From a virus: 50,575 nucleotides of DNA. The translations under genes and the position numbers were made by a program. How positions within the stretch are numbered: the stretch's first letter is position 1; every line of letters begins with the position of its first letter. The notes under the pieces are model-generated. The model did not search any database. It was not told the DNA's origin and saw nothing but the letters and a program-made list of their open reading frames with translations. The stretch lies in IMG/VR virus record IMGVR_UViG_3300045988_081930; one strand, written 5' to 3'. Below are positions 15,603 to 22,055 of the stretch, piece after piece.

Positions 15603-16088
15603 GTGACGGCGGCAGAAGCGGAGATCATCATCAAGTATTATGCGGACATCGCAGGACAGCAGAGGGCTATTGTGCGGGAACGCATGACGCTGGACGCGGA
15701 GTACAATCCGCTGCGGGGCAATGCGCTGGACGGGATGCCGCATGCCGCCGGAAACGGCGACAAGACAGCAGACATGGCGTTGAAGCTGGCGGACACGGAC
15801 ACGGACAGACGGCTGCGGGAGCTGGATGTGCGGGAGGCTGTGTTGAAGGGAGACAAGGCAGCAATCCGCTGTGCGCTGGACAGACTGAACAGTAGACACA
15901 GAGAGGTGCTGGCAACGCGGTATATCGACGGCCACACTTGGGAATTTACAGCGTGCCGGGCGGGGCTGTCGCGCAGGCAGACGATCCGGGTCAGCGTTGT
16001 GGCGTTGGGGCGGCTGGGCGCGGTGCTGGAGGATGCACCCATGGCGGCGGAGATCCTTGCGCGGGCGCGCGACGCGCGCGCGGTATAA
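15603..16088 (+). CDS. Sigma-70 region-4-like / ArpU-RinA-type late transcription regulator
   Basis: REVLATRYIDGHTWEFTACRAGLSRRQTIRVSVVALGRL HTH. Confidence 0.55.
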   Translation: MTAAEAEIIIKYYADIAGQQRAIVRERMTLDAEYNPLRGNALDGMPHAAGNGDKTADMALKLADTDTDRRLRELDVREAVLKGDKAAIRCALDRLNSRHREVLATRYIDGHTWEFTACRAGLSRRQTIRVSVVALGRLGAVLEDAPMAAEILARARDARAV

Positions 16089-16103
16089 AGGCGGGGCGGA
16101 TCG

Positions 16104-16147
16104 TTTACGCTGAATTTACGCGGAAAGTCAGCGTAAAATACGCTGAA
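16104..16147. promoter_or_regulatory. Inverted and direct repeat cluster after the regulator gene (candidate regulator binding site or late promoter)
   Basis: TTTACGCTGA at 16104-16113 and TCAGCGTAAA at 16128-16137; TACGCTGAA repeated at 16106 and 16139. Confidence 0.4.
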
Positions 16148-16284
16148 GCAGGCCCGGCGGGCCGGATGCGTGCGCGTGCGTGAAAGAGATTTTTTGCGGG
16201 CGGTGAATTTGTGAGGGCGCGCTGGATTTCCGAATACTGAAAAGGGACGGGAGAAAAACAAACTTGCGAAAGGTGGAATGACAA

Positions 16285-16539
16285 GTGAAATTGTGTGACA
16301 GGTGCAGGGTGCCGGGCTGCCTGCTGGACTACGGCGGAAAGGCTTGCAAAGAGGCACGAAAGAAGCATTGCCCGGATGTGGTTTTTACCAATGCGGACAA
16401 AATCAGGGAAATGGATGACGAGGCGTTGGCGGTGGCTATCATGTGTCCACATGACGGCGATAAATGCCCCGGCCCCGGCAACGCGAAAACCTGCATAAAG
16501 TGCTGCTTGGACTGGCTGCGGGAATCGGCGGAGGGGTAA
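16285..16539 (+). CDS. Cys-rich small protein
   Basis: 84-aa ORF; GTG 7 nt after AAAGGTGGA; several CxxC motifs. Confidence 0.55.
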   Translation: MKLCDRCRVPGCLLDYGGKACKEARKKHCPDVVFTNADKIREMDDEALAVAIMCPHDGDKCPGPGNAKTCIKCCLDWLRESAEG

Positions 16540-16541
16540 GC

Positions 16542-16802
16542 ATGGCGCAGATCGTGACGGCGCAGTTTGTGGGGCAGACCTCTTGCGGGTTTGTCAGAAA
16601 CAAATACTATGAAATCGAGATCAGCGCCGGGCGGAGCGGGTGTTTGTGTGTGCGGGATGTGCAGGGGCAAGGCTTTTGCCCGTATTCCACGCTGGCCGCT
16701 CTGCGGAAAAACTGGAAGATCATCAACAACGAAAAAACGCCCGGCGGCGAACCGGGCAGAAATGAGGCAGGATATGAACGAGGATATTTTGACCCACGGT
16801 GA
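16542..16802 (+). CDS. Hypothetical protein
   Basis: ATG after GGAGGGG; MAQIVTAQFVGQTSCGF... Confidence 0.5.
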   Translation: MAQIVTAQFVGQTSCGFVRNKYYEIEISAGRSGCLCVRDVQGQGFCPYSTLAALRKNWKIINNEKTPGGEPGRNEAGYERGYFDPR

Positions 16803-17115
16803 AACCATGAGAGAGGAGCAGCTTTTGGAGGGGTTGCGTAAAACCCCCGAACTGAAACGGCGCTTGGTCATGCGCGTGGCGGCGGATTTGCTGGAAAGCG
16901 AGGCATTTTTGGAGGCGTACCCGCATTTGGAAACCGAGGAACAAATAAAAACGGCGCTTACCCGGCTTTTGCACAAGAACAAGGTAAGCACCATTGATGG
17001 GCGGCGTATGGCCGCAGAACTGGCGGAAAGTTACGAGGGAATGTATTCCCATTCGGACAGATCGGAGGGGCCAGCATCGGGGCATGAATCCCATTCGTCA
17101 CAGCCTGTTACATGA
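16777..17115 (+). CDS. Hypothetical protein (start uncertain)
   Basis: MNEDILTHGETMREEQLLEGL...; its 3' end overlaps the convergent gene 17031..17249. Confidence 0.4.
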   Translation, partial: NEDILTHGETMREEQLLEGLRKTPELKRRLVMRVAADLLESEAFLEAYPHLETEEQIKTALTRLLHKNKVSTIDGRRMAAELAESYEGMYSHSDRSEGPASGHESHSSQPVT

Positions 17116-17249
17116 CAAAAAACATTGTCGGCTTCTGCCTGCGGCGTGTCGCAAGCCTCCCAAACTGTTTCGTTATGGCACAGGCCGAAAGTGCCGTCAG
17201 GCTGGCGCACGATCTTCAAAATGCCAACTGGTGAGCGATAAATCCACAT
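17031..17249 (-). CDS. Small protein, unknown function; last gene of the inverted module
   Basis: 72-aa ORF; GGAGG RBS with a CACAAAAC leader. Confidence 0.55.
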   Translation of the reverse strand: MWIYRSPVGILKIVRQPDGTFGLCHNETVWEACDTPQAEADNVFCHVTGCDEWDSCPDAGPSDLSEWEYIPS

Positions 17250-17305
17250 AATAGCTAAACCTCCAAAATTGTTTTGTGCAATGCCTATAATACAGCGATT
17301 TTAGG

Positions 17306-17360
17306 CAAAAAACAACAGGAAAACACCCCCGGCGGGCCGTGTGGCCTTGGCTGGGGGTGT
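17306..17360 (-). terminator. Rho-independent terminator (minus strand)
   Basis: ACACCCCC...GGGGGTGT stem, followed on the minus strand by a U-rich run. Confidence 0.55.
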
Positions 17361-17436
17361 TGCTGTTTGCGCAGGTTTTGTGATCGTGGCGGGCAGTTTT
17401 GTGCCCGGGGCGGGCGGTTTTGTGCCCGGGGAGGGG

Positions 17437-17772
17437 TTATTTGTGATCGTCGGGGCCTGTTTCGTGATTGGCGGGCGGGTTGCCGGTCAAGGACGGCGGC
17501 AGGCCGTTTTCATCCAGCGGGCCGGTGTATTCTGTGAGGTCAATCAAGGTCACTTCCGGCGGAGGGGGTATGAGCTTATAATATTTGCCGTTTTCGTAGT
17601 GCAGATCGGTCACGCCGTCATACCATGCAATATCCCCGTGTTGGGCTTGGGCGGCCTCCATGCTTTGTTGTGCCTGCGCTTCGGTCAGACCGTCGAACAG
17701 CAGGCGGGCACCGTCGGAAAACTGGGCAACAAGACGGTAAGGCGGATAAACGGCCATGTTTTCGTTATTCAT
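17437..17772 (-). CDS. Hypothetical protein
   Basis: MNNENMAVYPPYRLVAQFSDG...; AAAGGG RBS. Confidence 0.55.
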   Translation of the reverse strand: MNNENMAVYPPYRLVAQFSDGARLLFDGLTEAQAQQSMEAAQAQHGDIAWYDGVTDLHYENGKYYKLIPPPPEVTLIDLTEYTGPLDENGLPPSLTGNPPANHETGPDDHK

Positions 17773-17810
17773 GCGTTGCACCCTTTCGTTTTGTGTTTTG
17801 TGATGGGCCT

Positions 17811-17819
17811 ATTATACCA
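17811..17819 (-). promoter_or_regulatory. Extended -10 promoter element (TGGTATAAT) on the minus strand
   Basis: Plus strand attatacca; about 35 nt upstream of the 17772 start. Confidence 0.45.
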
Positions 17820-17888
17820 CGCAATGCCCCGGCGGTGAACCGGGGCGGCGCGGTGTTTTTGTTTTGGGGTTGTTATCCGGGGCACAAT

Positions 17889-18785
17889 TTACAGGCCAAG
17901 CACCCGGCGGGCGGCGTATTCGGCATTTTGTGTTAGCTGGCGCTGCCATGCTTTGTTGCGGGGCGACCAGCGAAAACCGTTGGATTTGAGAGCGTCGCGG
18001 GTGTCTGCGTCGGGGATTTCGTCGAACAGGATTTGCAGGCGGTTTTCTTCGGCATTGCGCACGATCTCGCCGCCGTCAAATTTCGTGGCGTTGTCGGGCT
18101 GCTGGGCGGCGGCTTGCAGTTTGTCCAGATCGGCAAGGCGGGCTTGTACGCGCTTGATCTTGCCGCGCAGGCTGGACAGTTCAAAATTGCCGTAGGGTTT
18201 GCCGTACAGCTTGACGGAAAAGGCGTCCGGGTCGGTGAGTGCGTCGGCCTGCTGATCGGTGAGGCTGGCATAGCCGCGCAGGGTTTTGTGCTTGCGGTAG
18301 TAGGCATTGGCGGCCTTGCAATAATCAAGGGCGTTTTGCTCCTGCTGCAAGCGGTCTTGGAGCAGTTCACGGGCGTGGGGGTCGGTCAGGTCTACCGCGC
18401 CGGTGCCCACGCTGCGGATTTTGTCAAGGATGGCGTCAATCTCCTTGTACTCCTGCCAAAGAGAATCGCGGCGGGCGTTCTGCTTTTGCTTTTTGCGTAC
18501 CGGGAAGTTGCTGCCGCCGCAAACGAGGATGGAGGGGCAGGCCGATTCGTTGCGGTAATAGGCGTTGTAGTAGTCGGCAAGGCGGCGGGCGTAGCGGTCA
18601 AGCAGGGCGTCCAGCTTGTCGTGATAGTAGGGGCTGATCTTGGCTTTTCGTGCCTGTACCAGTGCGGCGGCCTTGTCCACGGCGGCACGGTATTCTTCCG
18701 TAGCGCTGCCGGGGCGGTAGTCGCTCATAGAATTAACATCGTTCGCACGGCGGGCGGTTTGTTCGTTGATTTCGTAGTATTGCAT
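17889..18785 (-). CDS. DUF3560-like protein (plasmid/ICE leading-region type)
   Basis: Internal ATG (MQYYEINEQ) after AGGAGG; C-terminal GFRWSPRNKAWQRQLTQNAEYAA. Confidence 0.55.
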   Translation of the reverse strand: MQYYEINEQTARRANDVNSMSDYRPGSATEEYRAAVDKAAALVQARKAKISPYYHDKLDALLDRYARRLADYYNAYYRNESACPSILVCGGSNFPVRKKQKQNARRDSLWQEYKEIDAILDKIRSVGTGAVDLTDPHARELLQDRLQQEQNALDYCKAANAYYRKHKTLRGYASLTDQQADALTDPDAFSVKLYGKPYGNFELSSLRGKIKRVQARLADLDKLQAAAQQPDNATKFDGGEIVRNAEENRLQILFDEIPDADTRDALKSNGFRWSPRNKAWQRQLTQNAEYAARRVLGL

Positions 18786-19109
18786 TTTGTGTGCCTCCTG
18801 TTTTGTGTTTTGGGTAATGGGGACGGGCCGCTTTACAACTGGCCCGGCGTGGCGTTGTGCCGCTGGGGGCTGCCGTGTGGTCTTATGCCAGGCGGCGGTG
18901 CCCATTGCGCAGGGCGGGCGGGGCCTGTTTTTGTGGTGATAAGCTGCCCGTAAACCGTGCCGGGTTCGCCCGGCGGCGGGTACAATCTGTTTTGTGGGGA
19001 GGTGTACCGGCTCCCGTTGGACTTATGCCAGCACCCCGGCGGGCTGGCGGCCATTGTTGGCGATGGGTGCGCGTTGTGAGTTCGTGCCGGGCTTGTGATC
19101 GTGTTTGTT

Positions 19110-19183
19110 ACCCATGAGCGCCCACCCTTTGCAGGGTGGCCGGGCTTGCACCGGCGGCGCGTTATGCGTCGGCCTTGCGGGTC
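19110..19183. repeat. 74-nt structured intergenic repeat, copy A
   Basis: acccatgagcgcccaccctttgcagggtggccgggcttgcaccggcggcgcgttatgcgtcggccttgcgggtc. Confidence 0.9.
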
Positions 19184-19625
19184 AATCAAGGCAAGTTTCG
19201 CGCTTGATTTTGTACTGCGCTTTGATCTTGTCATAGGCGCGGAGCGTGACCATGTAGGTGCCCTGTTCTGCGTCGTAGGTAATGCCGCGCCCGTGGAGCG
19301 GGGGCAGGCCGTCACGCAGGGGGCGCAGAAAGTAGTGCTTGCCATAGTAGGCAAGATCGGCGGCGTAGTCGCAGCCCGTGGGGGCCTGCTGCATTTCGTA
19401 GCAGTAGGAATACTCGCCGGGGGCGGTGGCCTGCACGGCGGGGGTCTTGGCGGCCTCCAATGCGTCATAATCGGGGGCGTAGCCGTAAACCTCGCCGGTG
19501 CTGGGGTCGTAGCGGGAAACGGAAAAATCCGGGATGAAAAGCGCCGTGTTTGCGCCGATCTGCTGGGAGTAGCCACCGGGAACCGGGGCAAAGGTGCCGG
19601 GAATTTTGCGTTCTGTTGCTGCCAT
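19182..19625 (-). CDS. Hypothetical protein
   Basis: Internal ATG (MAATERKIPG) after AGGAGG. Confidence 0.55.
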   Translation of the reverse strand: MAATERKIPGTFAPVPGGYSQQIGANTALFIPDFSVSRYDPSTGEVYGYAPDYDALEAAKTPAVQATAPGEYSYCYEMQQAPTGCDYAADLAYYGKHYFLRPLRDGLPPLHGRGITYDAEQGTYMVTLRAYDKIKAQYKIKRETCLD

Positions 19626-19633
19626 TGTGAAAG

Positions 19634-19748
19634 CCTCCTGTTTTGTGCTGTGTTTTGTGTGGGCGGTTTTGTGTACCCATGAGCGCCCGCCCCATGTGGG
19701 GTGGCCGGGCTTGCACCGGCGGCGCGTTATGCGTCGGCCTTGCGGGTC
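19634..19748. repeat. 115-nt intergenic repeat, copy B (74-nt core plus CACAAAAC leader and RBS)
   Basis: Core 19675-19748. The five substitutions relative to copy A are all inside one hairpin. Confidence 0.9.
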
Positions 19749-19755
19749 GTGTGGG

Positions 19756-19953
19756 TTAGTCGGAGATACAAAGCATATAGCCGCGCTTGGCGCAGATGAT
19801 CGAAAGCCGGTTAAACTCCATGTAGCGACGGAGGGCGTCGGGGTTGCGGGTGTCGGCCAGTTCTGCCCGGTGGCGCTGCATATAACGGCGCTGCGTGGCA
19901 AGCTCTTTTTGTGCTTGACGGTCAGACAAACGGAAAAGCGTGTAAGTGGTCAT
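19756..19953 (-). CDS. Small protein, unknown function
   Basis: MTTYTLFRLSDRQAQ... after AGGAGG. Confidence 0.5.
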   Translation of the reverse strand: MTTYTLFRLSDRQAQKELATQRRYMQRHRAELADTRNPDALRRYMEFNRLSIICAKRGYMLCISD

Positions 19954-19962
19954 AGTGTGCGG

Positions 19963-20077
19963 CCTCCTGTTTTGTGTTGCGTTTTGTGTGGGCGGTTTTG
20001 TGTACCCATGAGCGCCCACCCTTTGCAGGGTGGCCGGGCTTGCACCGGCGGCGCGTTGTGCGTCGGCCTTGCGGGTT
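19963..20077. repeat. 115-nt intergenic repeat, copy C
   Basis: Core 20004-20077; 2 differences from copy A. Confidence 0.9.
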
Positions 20078-20084
20078 GCGTGGG

Positions 20085-20576
20085 TTAGAACATGGAAATT
20101 TGCTCACATTCGGCGGCGGGCTGTGCAGGGGCGGGAGCTGCGGCGGCCTGCTGCGCTGCCTTGCGGGCCTTGCGTTCGTCGGCCAGCTTTTTGTTATAGG
20201 CGGCGATCTCCTCCGGGGTCTTGGCCTTGGGGGCGTCGTCCTGCCCGGCGGGCTTGACCTGATCGCGGGTGAACAAGTGCGCCTTGGCCATGTAGTAATG
20301 CGGGTCGGGGGCGTCGGCGTCGGGGCCGTTCTGCCCGGCCTTGGCGGCCTCTGCGCGGGCGGCCTTGGCGGCCTTGCCGGGGCGCTCGGTGTACTTCCAC
20401 AGATCGCAGGTAATGGCGGCGTGTTCGCCGCGCTTGACGGAGTAGCCCGCCTTTTTCCACTCTGCAAAGGTGTGAATGGGCAAGCAGCCCTTGGCGGCCA
20501 CGATGGCCTGCGCCTCTGCCTTGGTGTAAATGCCGTGTGCGATTGCCTGATTGATGATGATCTCGTTGTTAGTCAT
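20085..20576 (-). CDS. ArdC-N-like ssDNA-binding domain protein
   Basis: LPIHTFAEWKKAGYSVKRGEHAAITCDLWKY ... HYYMAKAHLFTRDQV; internal ATG (MTNNEIIINQ) after GGAGG. Confidence 0.5.
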   Translation of the reverse strand: MTNNEIIINQAIAHGIYTKAEAQAIVAAKGCLPIHTFAEWKKAGYSVKRGEHAAITCDLWKYTERPGKAAKAARAEAAKAGQNGPDADAPDPHYYMAKAHLFTRDQVKPAGQDDAPKAKTPEEIAAYNKKLADERKARKAAQQAAAAPAPAQPAAECEQISMF

Positions 20577-20692
20577 GGTGAAAACCTCCAAAATATTTTT
20601 TATTAGATCGGCCCGGCGGGCTTGCAGCGGGCCGGATGTTTTGATAAAATGGGGGTAGCCGCTGACAGGAGCGGCCACCCTTGCGAGGGGTG

Positions 20693-20733
20693 AAAAGGGT
20701 TCAGCGCTTTTGCCGGGGCTGAACCCCTTTTTT
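20693..20733. terminator. Bidirectional hairpin terminator
   Basis: GGGTTCAGC...GCTGAACCC, flanked by AAAA and TTTTTT. Confidence 0.6.
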
Positions 20734-20869
20734 ATTTCCCTGCGCTTGCGGTGGGCGGTGTCGTGCCTGCAATGTATTTCAGGCAGTCAAGCACCTGCGC
20801 CGGTGTCATGCCTTGCGCCCGGAGCCAATCGGCCAGCCGGTCAAGCTCTTTTGCTGTCGTGTCGTTCAT
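20732..20869 (-). CDS. Small protein, first gene of the inverted module
   Basis: MNDTTAKELDRLADWLRAQGMTPAQV; GGAGGAG RBS. Confidence 0.45.
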   Translation of the reverse strand: MNDTTAKELDRLADWLRAQGMTPAQVLDCLKYIAGTTPPTASAGK

Positions 20870-20910
20870 GGTGTCCTTTCTCCTCCTGTCCGGGTATTCA
20901 GCTTGCAACC

Positions 20911-21054
20911 CTGTTGCGTGTCGCCTGCTGTGCCTGAATGGTAGCACGCAACAGGGTTGTTTGTCAAGCCCTGTTGCGTGCTTTCTGCGTTTTGCACAAA
21001 ATCCTGTTGCGTGCTTTGTGCAAGTTGCACTGTTGCGTGTTTTTGATTTATAAT
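20911..21054. promoter_or_regulatory. Divergent control region: five copies of CTGTTGCGTG (one inverted), plus a TTGCAC-18-TATAAT promoter reading rightward
   Basis: Sites at 20911-20920, 20945-20956 (inverted), 20969-20980, 21003-21013 and 21030-21039. -35 at 21025-21030, -10 at 21049-21054. Confidence 0.65.
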
Positions 21055-21091
21055 ATATAATAAAACTATCCCCAAAATAGGAGGCTAACAG

Positions 21092-21310
21092 ATGGCAGTA
21101 TCAGAGAATAAGCGAAAAAATAACGATAATTACAACAAGAAATGCGATTACATCAGCATTAGGCCGCTGAAAGAACGCGGCGAACAGATCAGGCAGGCGG
21201 CCAAGCTGGCCGGGCAAAGTCTGCAAGGGTACATCTTGCAGGCCTGCGCCGAACGCATGGAGCGCGACGGCCTGCCCATCGACCAGCCCGCCGCCGATGA
21301 AGAAAAATAA
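21092..21310 (+). CDS. Ribbon-helix-helix (CopG/Arc-like) DNA-binding protein
   Basis: 72 aa; ISIRPLKERGEQIRQAAKLAGQSLQGYILQA, a beta-strand then helix pattern; AGGAGG RBS. Confidence 0.5.
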   Translation: MAVSENKRKNNDNYNKKCDYISIRPLKERGEQIRQAAKLAGQSLQGYILQACAERMERDGLPIDQPAADEEK

Positions 21311-21375
21311 AACAGATCAGCACAAAAGCCCCTGCAAGCTCACCGCCTGCAAGGGCTTTTCTTTTTCCCACTATT

Positions 21376-21598
21376 CACACCACCCCACCAGCCAGCAGGC
21401 CGCCCACCACCAGCAGCACCGGGCAGCAGCTCACCAGCCAGCACCACACCACCGCCACACAAGCACCAGCCCCAACACCGACAGCCAGCACACCGCCCAC
21501 ACCCAAACACAACACCCGACGGAACACCAGCGGCCAGCACCGCCACCCGGCAGGCCGCCGCGCCGACGATCACCAGCGGAACGCCAGCCCGCGCCGCC
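21376..21598 (+). other. Strongly strand-asymmetric C/A-rich, T-depleted tract (non-coding)
   Basis: By my count 1 T and 38 G in 21376-21569 (194 nt). Confidence 0.8.
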
Positions 21599-21795
21599 TG
21601 CGCAGTTACTAAACGCCCGCGCACTATACCGCCCGCGCGGTAATTACTAAACGCGCCTGTACGCACCCGCGCCAGCCCGTGCGCGGTAGGTACTGCGCGC
21701 GCGTACATTTAGCTTTGCGGGTTCGAGAGCGCGAAAGTTGGGTAGGTTTGTAATTTTTTTTGGCATTTCCGTTCGGGCGGGGCGGAAAAAGTGGG

Positions 21796-21882
21796 GGTTG
21801 AAATTGTCGGGAAAAGGTTGATCTGGGCGGGGTGCGGTTGATGATGGGTTGGGCGAAGTGGTGACAAATTGTCACCGGTTGA
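21796..21882. repeat. Phased GGTTGA repeats plus a 17-bp palindrome upstream of the terminase genes (cosB/pac-like candidate)
   Basis: GGTTGA at 21796, 21816, 21836 (20-bp phase) and 21877; GGTGACAAATTGTCACC at 21860-21876; TGTCACC again at 21934-21940. Confidence 0.5.
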
Positions 21883-22055
21883 GGATAGGAAAAATACAAA
21901 GCGTATAAAATATTTTCGAGAAAATTTACAAAATGTCACCCTATGGCACGGTTTGGGGGGTAAAATTGGTACAGTGAAAAAGTAAAGAGAACGCCCGGCG
22001 GGTTATCCTGCGCGGGCGTTCGGTGTTTATGCGGCAAGTTTTGGAGGGAGGAACG

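Noticed and set aside
21324-21372. Strong rho-independent terminator after the RHH gene
   Set aside because: Only AAAAGCCC/GGGCTTTT (8 bp) pairs, around a 21-nt loop. The internal CCTGCAAG copies are direct repeats, not inverted, so at best this is a weak terminator.
21297-21708. ORFs 21297..21650 (+) and 21340..21708 (-) as proteins
   Set aside because: Their restricted amino-acid alphabets are a direct consequence of the T-free (A-free on the other strand) composition. They have no RBS.
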